Of a DNA stretch of 64,000 nucleotides, positions 26,255 through 38,700 are shown piece by piece. This DNA is from Pavona decussata. Lineage: Eukaryota. The stretch is taken from the NCBI GenBank assembly GCA_977016875.1, contig CDRNST010000062.1, positions 3,906,001 through 3,970,000 of the forward strand, given 5' to 3'. The notes below the pieces were generated by a model. It did not search any database. It was not told the origin of the DNA and saw only the letters and a program-made list of their open reading frames with translations. The number at the start of each line of letters is the position of its first letter. Within the stretch, counting starts at the first letter, position 1. Made by a program: the position numbers and the translations under genes.

Positions 26255-26599
26255 GAGGTGGGGAGGGGGGGAGGAGGGGGGGGAGACTCCCATACAACTC
26301 GAAAGTTTCTGGGGTGATCGTTGCAGCTTTTAGGGGTTAAAATTCGTGGTTTGGTACCCTTTGCGGTGTGAAAATCTAAAATGGCCTCCGTCAAAGATAT
26401 GGTGGTACCTTTTAGAGTATTGAGCTGAAAAATATGAATGGAAGCAAATGTCAGTCAACTGGTACCTCTTAGGGGTAAAAATTGTTCGGACCCCCCCAAA
26501 AATTTAATTCTGGTACCTTTTAGGGGTTCTTTTCAAAATGTCGGAAGATCAGGCACTTTTATGAGTCTTCCGACCCCCCCCCCCCCCACCCTCCCCGGG
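26255..26599. mobile_element. Poly-G/poly-C-ended non-autonomous element
   Basis: Gn-ACTCCCATA left end, repeated TGGTACCYYT(T)AGGGG motifs, Cn-CCGGG right end. Confidence 0.65.
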
Positions 26600-28385
26600 T
26601 GAAGCGCTTGGCTAGCATTTCCGTTGATTTTCGAGTGCTCTGCAATCTTCTACTGAAACACAGATAATTTTTTTTGTAACTTAGAAAATATCCTATGAAG
26701 CGTTTACCGCTTTTTCATAGAGTACACGCTCGCTAAACGGTTGTTTCATAAAAGCGCTGTTTATAAGTAAAGAAAGCTGACGAAAGTTGGGGAACGGTAG
26801 GCAGTTACTGATTCATTCAGCCTGGTTGTGTACCATTGTGCCATGGAACATTTTGGTATTCGCACAGGAAATCCAGCTGCTGATTGAATGATTAATGCAG
26901 TGTTTTTTGGAAAGGGAAATAAAGGTTATTTTGACAACAGATCAGTCGCTTTTGTAGAATCTGAATTGTTTCAACAAATTCAACAAAGTTCGAACAAGTA
27001 CATGGCTGCAGATTTCAGGATTTTAGTGGACAAAGTGCACTGAAATTCCAATTTTGAAGTATAACTGTATCGAAAGAAAAAAAGTTAACATCACTGAAAA
27101 CAATGAAACAATGAAAAAAATGTTAACGTCACTGTCACGTCTGATTGGTGTTGGAAAAAAACATTTGGGGTTAGAAAAAATTCACCCCACCCCCCGCCCT
27201 TCCAGATGTGTGTGGCCCCACTGGTTATGATTTTTGTGGGGCCCAAATCTGAATATGGAGGGCAAAACTTACAAAACTTGGTCCGAAACTCAGTGGGTAG
27301 GAAAACTCACAGTAAAAACCAATAACTGTGACGGTTTGTAACAAACTGATTGCAGGACTGACTCTACGGCAAAGGGCAATTTATTTGGCCAATAATTCAA
27401 CTTGTACCACTATCTGGAGTAAAAGATCAGCAAGAAACTGTCGAACAAATGATGCAATAAAGACCAAGGCTGGTTTCACGGTTAAGGAAATATATTTTTC
27501 CAATATTGTTGAAAGAATCTTTTACGGGGAATTAGCTGGTTCTCTTCAACAAAAGGATTCAACTGTTTACAGTGACTCTTCTTTATTATCTGTAAGACTT
27601 ACACGAAGTCAGTTCACTCTGCTTTACACTCAATTATGCGCTAGACTAGATATATCACCCATTTTTATACTGACTAGTCAACCACCTGCTCAACAAAAAT
27701 TAAAGCTTACGTAATCCTTCTGTGATTGGCTACAGGGAGCTTATTTGTATCCATGCCTTCGATCTGTTAGCTGAGCCTAAGACATTTTCTTAGTGAAAGT
27801 TCACCGTGAAGCTTGCATTGGGTTGTCCAGTCAATACGAAAGAGGGAGACCAGTATAAAAATTACAAAGTTCAGACTTGTACAGTAAAATTTCACAAAAA
27901 TAATCTGAAAAAAACTAAAAGTTGTTGTTTAAAAATTGTACAAGTACTCGATTCGTTGAAGGTGTTAGCCTTCTTCATCGAAAACGATAAGATAAATTTT
28001 TCCATAAATTAAGCGAGTACGTGGTCATCAAAATCTAGAGCTGAAATTATATATTCAGTGCGTGGTTGATAGCAGAAATACAACAACAGATATTTATCTT
28101 CATAATCACCCTAAGATCATAGTCTGGATTTATTTTTAAAAACACCCTAAAGGTACAGATATTGTTATTTACTATAGCTATCTTCATCTTTAAAAGGAAC
28201 GTTAACCGCCATGCATAAATTCGGTAAAAGAACCCGAGTAAAGCAACTAAAAATGATTAAAAATAAGAACAATAGTTATTTCCTGGAAAGGACCGACGAA
28301 AGGTAAAGTTGAGTAAAAACTCATCAAAGCCGTAAAGGTAAACGAGGTGTTATCCAGGTGTTATTATTTGTGGGAAAAACGGCCC

Positions 28386-28525
28386 TGCGCATGCGTAATG
28401 ACACATATCTTTGTGGTTGAAAGTGTTTCTGCGGAAACGAACGTCTGCTCATACCGAATTCATGACAAGAGAATTTGTACGTTAATCACACGTTAGGAAC
28501 AGCTACGTCGAACTACAAGGTGAGA
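28386..28525 (+). promoter_or_regulatory. Possible SLC52 promoter and non-coding first exon
   Basis: NRF1-like TGCGCATGCG at 28386-28395 and a strong donor CAAG|GTGAGA at 28519/28520. Matching acceptors after a pyrimidine tract at 29211 or 29221, upstream of the ATG. Confidence 0.4.
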
Positions 28526-28721
28526 CTAGAAATTGTTTAGTATTATCTCTAGAAAGCTGCGTAACGAAGGAAATGAGTCAACTGGTCTTTTTCTGTGATA
28601 TTTCCCAAACCGAAATATAATTTGTAATAAGTCCCAACACCAAATAAAATTTCTTTAACTATTTTAACCCAAAATAATTGCGTTGTAAATATTTTTCATC
28701 ACTTACAATTTTTATCATCTA

Positions 28722-28875
28722 ACAATATTTCAAAAGGCCTATCTTCTTCAGGGTATTTCCTCAGTTTCGTCAGTTTCTGAAATAACCTGAAGAAGAAAGG
28801 CCGTGCCTTTCGAAATATTGGAAAAATATATATCCCTAGCTAGCCGTGAAATCAGCTTTGCTCTTTGAAGCATTT
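28722..28875. mobile_element. Penelope-like retroelement end fragment, inverted pair, with hammerhead-like core
   Basis: CAATATTTC-AAAAGGC...TTCTTCAGGG is the inverted partner of CCTGAAGAAGAAAGGCCGTGCCTTTCGAAATATTG. The CTGANGA...hairpin...GAAA layout is typical of PLE termini. Confidence 0.55.
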
Positions 28876-29446
28876 TAAAGTAATCTGGATTGGAGCAAAA
28901 AAGTCGATCATTTGAACAGGATTATAGACAGCGTAGAGAGCAGTATCGCCTATTAAAATTTCGTAGTACGTGTATTGGATTGCCTACTTCCACCAGCGTG
29001 TACGATTCGATCTGACGGAAAAATGGACGACTCCACACAATTTCGCGCGTAACTGTCTAATTAGGACTCTGGGTATCCGACTTTCTCTCAGTTTATTAAA
29101 AACTACGGCTAACAAGGAGTATACATAACTCCAAATCGTGCTATTTAATGTTAATTATTTAATATAGCAAACAATTTTTGTTTTGTTTTGAATTTCACTG
29201 GCTGATGATCAGTTTGTGCAGCCGACCGTGACTCCGTGGCGTGACTGGTTGCATGTCTAAAGTCCAAAAATGAGCCCGCAGGCCTTCAAGGGTTACATAA
29301 TTACTTCGTAGAGTGAAGAGACACGGTGAAAGTCACGGGTTGAATTTCATCAGCTGCTGCTTTATATCGCTGTGAGCCGTCGCCAGTCTTAATTGACAAG
29401 AACACAAACACACAAACGAGCATTTGAGGGTCTTTGAGTTGTCGAC

Positions 29447-32400
29447 ATGGCCTTTGAACGCTTTAAAAACAAGATTGTCGACGCGTTTTCCAATATTTCA
29501 GTCATCACCTACGCGCTCTGTGTTGTCTTCGGTACTGGCTCGTGGATTGCTATCAATGGGCTTTGGGTTGAATTACCTATAATTGTTCCAGAAATCCCGG
29601 AAAGCTGGTCTCTCCCGTCCTATCTGACCGTAATGATTCAACTGGCTAACATAGCTCCACTGGCGTTTACACTGGGAAACAAATTCTTTCCACGTGTTGT
29701 TTACGAGGTTCCCGTCATTTACATCAGCGTCCTTGTGGGCATTATATCATGTGCTTTGTTGTCGTTTTTCTGGAAAGAAACAAGTTACATCGCAGGCGCC
29801 GAGCGAAGCACAGCGCTGTTGGTCTTGTGTTTCTTTCTTTCCATGGTAGACTGCACTTCGTCTGTCGCGTTCATACCGTACATGGCCATTTTCCGAGAAG
29901 TGTACATGAGCCCATATTTTGCTGGTGAGGGGCTAAGCGGTCTTCTTCCAAGTCTCGTGGCATTAGCACAGGGCGTGGGAGGGGGGTCACATACCCCATG
30001 TGTGGTCAGCCCCACGGAACCTCCTGTGAACACTACCAATGGAACGTCAGGGAATGATACTTCCACCGGTAGCTGGGGTCCCAATCCCAAGTTTTCTGCA
30101 GAAGTGTTCTTCTGGTTTTTGAGTGCTGTGATGATGGCTTGTGGTTTGGCTTTCCTGGGGCTGAATTACCTCCCTGTGGCAAAGCGGCAACAGGTGAATA
30201 AATCTGGCTCAACCAGCGCTTACCAAGTCACTAAGCCAGGTGAACCAGCTATGGAACTTGCCTATGCAGAAGAGGGCATGAAGAAAGATGACCATGTTGT
30301 TCAAAATGGGTCCACAACTGAAGTTACTGTGCTACTGTTGGTGATTGTAGCCATAGTTGGTGGCTTGAGTAATGGGGTAATACCCGCAATCCAGTCCTAT
30401 TCCTGCATACCTTACAGCTATTACATCTATCATCTGACGCTCACTCTGTCAGCCATTGCCAATCCTGTCACATGCATTGTGTTTCCATTTGTCCGCACGA
30501 CATCGACGATGATCATAACTGTGCTGACAGTGGTGTACATTGGTATGTGCACATACATTATCGTCATTGCATCACAGAGTCCTGCAGTGTTGTTGAAATG
30601 TGAAGATTCTGGTGCTGCATTGATTGTAAGTAGAATCTTATTGTTTTAATTTTTCTTGGTGTTTTGATCATCAATTGTCACGTAAACATGAGATTTCAAC
30701 AAAAAGTGCACCGACACAGCAGGCGGTTACAATATATGTGCAACAAAACAACCATCACAGAACTTATTTTTTCATCAGTTAGAATGTTAAGCATGCAAGT
30801 AAAAACATAACCGCATTGAAAAGTGCTCCACAAGAGAAAAGTGTAGGAGTGGGTGTTAAACAAAACCAAGAAAAACGAACTTTTATTCATGAAAATTTCA
30901 TGAATACTTAATATTCTTGTGAGATTGTGTGAAAAATCCTGTTAAATATATGCATGCTGGTCGTATATTTATTTTTTCAATGCTAATTATAAACTCATCA
31001 ATGTTGAAAGGTCACAAGTTGCATAACAGGTCTTTTTCAAACTTTACCGCCCCTCATTGTTTTTGTTCACAAAAGATTATCATTAGGTTCTTTAATCATT
31101 TCAATTTTTAACAAAAGGTTTGCTGAAGATGCAGTATCTAGTGTTTAAATTAGCAAAAACATTGTCTTTGGATAGATCATTTTCTCAAACATGACATTCC
31201 AGACAAGTAAAAATCAGTCACCATGGCGTTCCAATGTTTTAAAACCAGACATAGTTTGTTTTCTGTTCATCCCTTGTTTTCCCCCAGTTAGTGGCTTTAG
31301 CAAAAGAGTCTGGTGGGTCAAGCATCAAAACTTTGCAAACAAAGAACTCAAATTTAAAAAAAAACATGCTTCTGACCAGCCGGCTATTTCACTGGTGTGG
31401 TCAAGGGGTAGCCTCCAACGCAGACGTCCTTAGGGGTTCTTCCTAAGGGGTTCAAACCCCTAAGGACATCTGCGTTGGAGGTTAGGTCAAGGGGTTAAAC
31501 TTGGGACTTTTTGTCAAACAGTTACAGCTAGCCATCAGCGCAAGATTTATGAGGTTATTAAGTCTGGCACCAGCCTTCAATCTGACCACTCACCCACATT
31601 TCTTTCTAAAGCTATTTTAAATGCTCAAGATTGTATATGATTCTAATGCGCAAACCTTGAAGAATAAGCTTACAACAATTCACAATTCGAAGGGGTGCCT
31701 GGAAAAAAAGTGGCCTAAAGTTAAGTTCTGAAAAATTTCTAGATTCTCCCTCCAGATTCCCTTTTATTCGCTTCTGAAACAAATTAAAGGAGAATTTAAC
31801 CTTACATCAAAAGTCACCTAGGACCTTATTCCATGTACCCCTTCATTTGTTGTGACTGTTTTCTTAAGTGCTGCACATACATTCTGCACATCTCCAGATG
31901 CTCAGGTTCCTATGGGTGGTGCCTACCAATACAGGGATATTTTTGCGCTGTTTAAAACTATGCGAAAAGAGCAGAACTTAGCAAGAACTTTTAGTATCAA
32001 AAAAAAAAAAAAATTGGGGGTAACCATGCATTTTTCAGACATTAATTAAAGCTTTGCTTCGTATTTTACTGCTGTTTTGAATTATCGTTGCTTTATTATC
32101 TCTAAAAAGAGGAAGGCTACTCCCAATTTATTCTTCTTATTATTTTTTGGATTTCCATCAACCCTTACTAAAATCTGCTTTTCCCACATAGTCGTAAACC
32201 GTGCTAAAATACTTCTGTATTTGTAGGCACAGTCTTTCAAAGCCTAAAGTTATTGTTCCTAACTTAAACTTTGTCTAATAGGTTGTGATCAGCGTCAGTG
32301 CTGTTGCTGTCGTAACTTATGTCAAAGTTGCCATTGGAGGAATCATGCGTGCAAAGGGTCGCAATTATCTGCTATGGTTTGGAGCTGTCACTCAAATCGG

Positions 32401-32467
32401 ATCATGCATTGGGGCGTTGGCCATTTTTGCTCCTGTGAATGTCTACCATCTTTTCAAGGAGGAGTGA
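29447..32467 (+). CDS. SLC52A3: Solute carrier family 52 riboflavin transporter (SLC52A2/A3-like); exons 29447-30625 and 32282-32467
   Basis: Family motifs FGTGSWIAINGLWVELP, PESWSLPSYL, QLANIAP, VDCTSSVAFIPYM, GEGLSGLLPSLVALAQGVG and NGVIPAIQSYSCIPY in exon 1; YVKV and GAVTQIGSCIGALAIFAPVNVYHLF in exon 2. The GT (30626) to AG (32281) phase-0 intron keeps the frame; about 454 aa. Confidence 0.95.
31409..31484. mobile_element. 76-bp palindromic MITE, TAG-ended, 10-bp TSD (AcademH-like)
   Basis: Arms TAGCCTCCAACGCAGACGTCCTTAGGGG and CCCCTAAGGACATCTGCGTTGGAGGTTA. GGTCAAGGGG is duplicated at 31399-31408 and 31485-31494. Confidence 0.85.
31690..31842 (+). repeat. Dispersed repeat (AGGGGT...ACCCCT short element)
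   Basis: A second copy at ~59150-59300 shares GGGGTRCCTGGAAAAAA, CTAGATTCTCC and TACATCAAAAGTCAC. Confidence 0.7.
31855..32238 (+). mobile_element. Kolobok-like non-autonomous element copy in the SLC52 intron
   Basis: Similar to 25039-25400; ends GTAGGCACAGTCTT, the inverse of the family terminus. Confidence 0.5.
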
Positions 32468-34993
32468 GATTGTTTTTTTGTCTAAAATGATACCCGCCAG
32501 GCTTGTGGTTGATCAAAGAGCGGGTTACCATATTGAATGGATAAATCCCTATCCAGCTGATAAACTAGTGTATTGAATGGAGAATATTTTTATCTACTGG
32601 ATACCAACTTATCCAATGGACCAAGTTATACATACATCTTATTCAATTGTTTTAGATATAATATGTGCACATATTTATGGGGGCGAGGAAAAATACGAGC
32701 AATTAGCAAAATCTTCTAGGGTATTAAAGGTAAAACCATCAAATAAGAGATTTATTATTTCATTGCAAAAAGATATTTTTATTTGGCTTTTCTTTTCTAG
32801 AAAGAGTGTTGAATTACACCCAGCATTATGTCTCTGTCCATCAGTTTCAACGCGTGCAAATGACGTAAACAACACAGAAAGCCATTGAAATGTTTTTGTC
32901 CGTATTCGCTCTGTTGTCAACTGGTTATATCAGGACACTACAGTGAATTACAGTCTTAATTTTTGCTTGTTCTTTTGACCTTATTTGGTGAAATGACATA
33001 AAAGTGGAATAATAAACTCTGTGAACAACTCTGAATCTCTCATGGGAACTGGAAGAGAGGGATGTTAGAACTCCCCCTTTCTTCACCATTTCCCACCCTT
33101 TCTCTCCTAGTTGCTGTTCCTTTCTCTTCCAGTCCTCTCCTCTCCCATTTCCCGTCCACTTCTGCCATGGAATCACTATGGGGATGGACATACATTGTAG
33201 ATTGCAAATTGAAAAAGTTGATCCAGATTTTTCAAGACCTGAATTGGCCTGAGTTGTACAAATTTGAGAACAAGTACATAAAAACTCTGTTAAAAGCCTA
33301 GAAAGAGAAACTCATTCAGAAGAAAGTTGTGTGTTATGTGCCATGTCTGGTTTGAATTTATGGTTAAATATACACAGCCATTTTACACAACCTTCTGCTG
33401 AATCTCTCATTATTTTTTTCTCGCTTTAAGAATTTTTTTGATAAATATTTTGTTCTAATTTCATCAACCTTATTTTCTTGATACATTATTCTTAGTTTTT
33501 TAGGACTCAAGAGAATGTAGCAGGGATGTCCAGAGGGTATCTTTCCTATTGAATTTGTTTATGTTTTATATATATGTTTGGGCTTGACTTTATTATTTAT
33601 GTTTCTAAATTTTTTGTTTACTATAGGCTTCAGCACCTGGGTAGCTCTTTAAGGGCCCGGCTAACATGGGAAACATTGTTTCCTCATGGTCGCTGAACTA
33701 GCAGGAAACAAAAAGTTGTTTTTCTTCTCTGGTGGTTAAACAATCATTTTTTCCAAACAAACTATGATGTTCCGGTACAGATCTGAGACCATTGCAAAAT
33801 GTTTCCTCTCTGGCAAAACTGGGAAACATGTTTCAGAAGCCAAATTGGCATCTTTCAAGTAAGAATGTTTTTTACTCTTCTCAAAAAAATTTTTTACACC
33901 CATGAAGCAAGACGTGTCGACAACATAATTATGTTCCTCACACATTCAAACTGTTTCCTAGTTTAGCCAGGCAAGGATTGCCATATCCCTATATCCCTTT
34001 AACTTAGAAGCTTCTCCCACCCCTCCCCCAAACCACCGTGACTTCCCTTTTTGCAAGGTGCAATCTTATTAAGAGCTCATTTTTTGTGCATGTAGCTCAC
34101 TAAAAGGTATTGCTCTGGGACGGGACAATATCATCTTTAGTTCAGATTTGCTTTTTGTAGGGAGAAACCTGTTAAATAACCTTATTAGTGTGTGTTGACT
34201 GGTGCTAGTCATTTTTAATGGTTTTGCTAATTTTTGTTGTTTTTTCCAAATAATGCTGGATATCTTCCGAAGTTTTTGACAATTCGGACTGCATGTACAT
34301 TGTGTAGCTCGGTTGCAAGCAGCATGTAGCTTTTTTTATTGTTAAGCATGAAATACATTTTACAGGCGTTAAAGTTCTATTGCCTTAAAAATATACATTT
34401 TAGTAATTTGTAATAATGACATTGTTACAACCAAAATTTAAAAGGTTACAGTTAGTAGTTGTATAAGTTATTTAAGGCAGTAAGTCAGCTGAACGTTTTT
34501 GCATTATGCAGTGTTTAGAATAAAGAGTTGGCGATAAAATAAAGAATTTTGAAGCTGGAATCTACGGTCTCTATGGTTTGATGTAAACGTCGACATACAT
34601 GTATATTTTGGGCGAATGACTCAACGAATATGTTTTTTAGGCCCTTTGACAAACCCACGGGCTGTTGTAAACAGGCAATCATATAAAATTTTCCAAAATA
34701 GTCTCCTTTGAATAAACAAAACAGACTTGAGTCTAGTGTGGTTGCACTAACACTGGGAATCCAATGTTGCCTAACAAGAAATCAGTTGGGGAAGGAGCGG
34801 AACATCAAATTCTAGCTTCTAAATCTTTATATCCTGCCACAAAAGTAAGCTGCCTTTAATTTTTTGAAATCATTGAGTCAGTTCGCAGTGCGTGGTTCCT
34901 GACAGCCACCTATACTCGTTTGGCCTTCTCTTGTACTTTCCAACGTCCGTTTTCAAGATTTTTTTACAGTAGAGCCCTTGGAGACTGAAGTGG

Positions 34994-35675
34994 TTATTGT
35001 TCGTGTGGGACCAGTGCAAGGTACTGTTGGACTTTCTCAGCCAGATCTGATTTCTTTTCTTTAGATTTCACGGTTACACCTCTCTTCTTGAGCCAGTCGA
35101 CTAAAGTAGCAGCGTTAACCTTGTGTAGCTGAAGTAAGATATATAATAGTCTGAGCGAGCTATTACTATGAAGGCAGAAGTACATGTAATTATAAGTGGA
35201 AAGCAAATAAAATGAGCTCTACATTTCGTTGGAAAACACCAAGTGAACCGCCTTCACCGGATACGTGTGGACGGAAGGCCAATTCGTAAAGAAAAAGTTG
35301 CGTTTTCAAACGAAAACGGGTGAGTGTGCCGAGACGGGGCCTGAGAAAGTGGAAACACGATGTCCAATTTTTATGTCTCTTTCTCGACTTCAACATTGCC
35401 GTTATGAATTCAGCCTCCAGATCGTAAAGCCACATTATGCGAATTAAATGACTTGGAAATAGAATAATTGCGATTTTGTAATAACGTTTGTAGCTTTTTA
35501 TTGGCGCCTTAGTCGTTGCTGCTTTACTAAGTTTCCTGAAAGTACATGTACAACGACCGCACCGCAGCCATGAAAGCTGCACATTAAAACGTTTCAATTT
35601 ACACATTTTTGGTTAGCAAGGCCTCACTCTGGCCTCGCGTGGAAAATAAGCCACTGAATGGGTACTAAACTACAA

Positions 35676-35711
<36 letters not shown>

Positions 35712-38700
35712 AATGATAATAATTAATTACTTCTAGAGCGCTATTCAGTACAAAGACAGATCAATGGCGCTTTACAATCGATGTCTCTAGGATTTGTAAA
35801 AGTACTAAAATTGAAAATGGTAATACTGATAATTTGACTTTATCCTACCTGGTCATTTGTTGCCAGCTCCTTAATATCAATACCTTCTTGGATCTTTGGC
35901 TTTGGTTTTGGCTTTTTCTGGGGTGGGTCCTCAGGAGAAAAATCAATGACCTAATACAACAAATTATAAAAATACTGAGAGCTAAAAAGCAAACAAAAAA
36001 AAAAAAAAAAAAACGAAGAATTCTGCACAAGCAATCTAATTTTCTCACTTAAGTAATTGATGATTTTATCCGTTTCATCTCGGACTATAATTTCCCTGTT
36101 TCTTTCAGCCAGTCTTCCCTCCACGGCTAATAAGCTCCCTCTCAATCCCTCTGAAAAAGTAGCAAGACCCGCCTCTCATCTATAATTCCTTTGATCTTTT
36201 TGATCATCTAAATAAGAATACTCGTAGCCGTCTCCTATTTCCTTTGGGTGAAGTTGGTGATTAAGGAACATGCAAATCAATTTGTTACAGAACTGATGCA
36301 TTCATTTTATACAAGACATATATTTCGTTACCTTTTTAAGTAATAAAGAAGAAAATTCATACTTATACACTGAACGTAGGCATTGAAAAATGTAATCAGC
36401 GGAGCCAGTATCCCTCGAAGTACTAAATTTCCCCTTACAACGGTGAGCAGACAGGGTTAGCTAGACTACAAGCAGTCAAGTAAATGTCCCTTTCATGGTG
36501 GTGGTGACTGTGTATATTAAAATCAGTCCAAGGAAAACGATTACATCGATTAACAAGGTATATGTACCTGTCTCTTTCTTGTCCGATCAACATTTGCCGA
36601 ATGAAACTGGGCAGGAAAAGACTCGTGCTGTAGTAGCTGAAGAGGAGCAGCGTGTTCGCCAGGTCCACGTGTTGAAACAGATAGTGAGCGTGTTGGTGTA
36701 TCGCTCGAACCTCGTTCCCACAAAGAATTAATATCCCAGATACCTTCGAACTCCTGTGGGGTCGCGTTCTTCTCCCTCTGTCTCTGACTGCTGGTAGGTA
36801 CTGCTTGTGTTATGACAAGCCCTGGTCTACTCTGGGGTAAACGCTTCACAACTTGTGTCGACGAATCAGCACTTTGTGCCATCGTAGTAGCATTTCTTTG
36901 AGCGACAGTAGGAGAATTCGTAAATCTTTCAATCATCCGCTCTAGGCTTGAATTTGAAGAATGGTCATCAACGCCATATTCCATTGTTCCATTGATGCCT
37001 CCTCCATTGGTTAGTACGTAATCCGGGCTAGCTCTATGGACTCTATGCTGGGATAGAGCGTGCCCTTGGCTCGTGTTTTCCATACGCCGGGCTGACTGTA
37101 GCGAAGCCAGAAGTGTAGAGTTTTGTGTTTGTAGTGAGTTACCAACACGCGCTTGTGAGACAGTAGCTGTTAGCGTTGGTTTGTGTCTGCTAGGCTGCAC
37201 TCTCTTCTTCGAAAACGTGGGGATGAGTCGAGTTGCAGACGTAGACCAACTTCGGCTACAAGAAACTGAGCGCTCAGTGTCAGGGTTTACAGACTTCACG
37301 ACGCGGTTGCTGGTAAAACACGGAACAAAGCGAGTTTCCGAAGAAAGGCAAGAAGATATTGGCGTGTAAGGGGGGGTTGTCCTCGGTTGATAAGTGGAGG
37401 GCGTTGTCATCACTTGGCTGACCAAGGGGGTGCTCTTCAGTTGATTGATAGTTTTATCATTTCCTGTTTGGAATTCAGTTTGGGAAGATGCAAGCTGTGA
37501 TGATATGAACGACTCCGCAGCAGAAGCGTTTGCTTGCCTTGCAACGTCTTGCGTACGCTGTTCTTGAATGGTAAAGGGTCTGCAGTGGTTCATCTGAGCT
37601 GGTTCTGTTCTTGTTAAGTTGCTGTAGTTTGCGTGGGTTGCCTGTTGAAGTCTGTTTGTCGGGTAGATTGGAGAAGACGTCAAAGTCAGAGGTGTCCCAC
37701 ACACGGAAGGCATGCGGCAGGATAGATCTCTTAGAAAAGAATTGAAAATCAGCTGGTGATCACAACGCGGTGACACTAAAGCTTGAGTGCTACGGATGCA
37801 GCTCGCTGGATATCTAGTTTATTCTTGTTAAGAAGTTTTTTCATTAATCACCAATTGACACGACTCACACGAGTTGTCACATGATGGGTGCTTAGAATAT
37901 CCATTTAGGCTAGAGCCCTTCACGCATCAAAATGCATGTATAGATGATGCCCTTCTCCCATCAAATAAATAAATATAGAGACATAACGCATCACGTGTGA
38001 AGCAGTATTGTAAATATCCTTAAACATCTCGCACTATTTCAAAATTTGAAAATGGGGGTATATAGCTACGCATTGTATAAAGCTTTCAAACACAAAACAA
38101 TGTATGTGATTTTTTTTTTTCAAAATTGAATCTGATTATCTCTGAAAAATGTGATTATCCTGGTTTTCTTTTTGCATTTCAATAACACTGGCTAAGTTCT
38201 TCTTTTCCCGGATGGTTACAATGAATGAATTAGTACTGAGTCACGGCCAATAAGATTTTCTCGCACCAATTCCCGAGATGCGGAGAACGCATGCGCAGTA
38301 GCAAAAGGAGACGTCGTCTTTAACGCCCGAGGGAGATCAGTCTGCCAATCGAATCCGTGGCCACCAAATATCAAGCTCTATACTATAACGGCTTTTGAGT
38401 ATTTATAGTGGTAAAAGGGTGTTAAACTTAAAAGGGTAACATGGTGCTTCTAAACTATCACTTCATATGTAGGATACGTGAATACTTTGCCTCTGATGTA
38501 AAAGAAATGGACATTGTAGAAAACATTTTCTTCTGGTGGCAGTCTGTATCCGTACTGTGTAGAAACAAATGAACAAACAACAACAACTCTATGCTTTAAC
38601 TCGCGGGAAGTCTAATATAATCTGGTAAGTGACAGACAACAGATGTCAGTGCCTCAGAATGGAATTAATGGAAGTCTCTAAAGCCTTGATGATCAAACAG

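Noticed and set aside
27328-27714. 128-aa plus-strand ORF
   Set aside because: No ATG start, no recognisable domain and no flanking splice structure.
4456-32467. Ancient Sox-SLC52 synteny with human 20p13 (SOX12 near SLC52A3)
   Set aside because: SOX12 is group C, not B, and is not adjacent to SLC52A3; probably coincidental.
34335-34860. Overlapping 3'UTRs of the convergent SLC52 and C18orf63-like genes
   Set aside because: Several alternative poly(A) signals exist on both strands (plus 33012 and 34519; minus 34855 and 34335). The overlap cannot be established without 3'-end data.
36550-37776. 408-aa ORF as a stand-alone gene
   Set aside because: It is exon 10 of the C18orf63-like gene (acceptor at 37814, donor at 36567).
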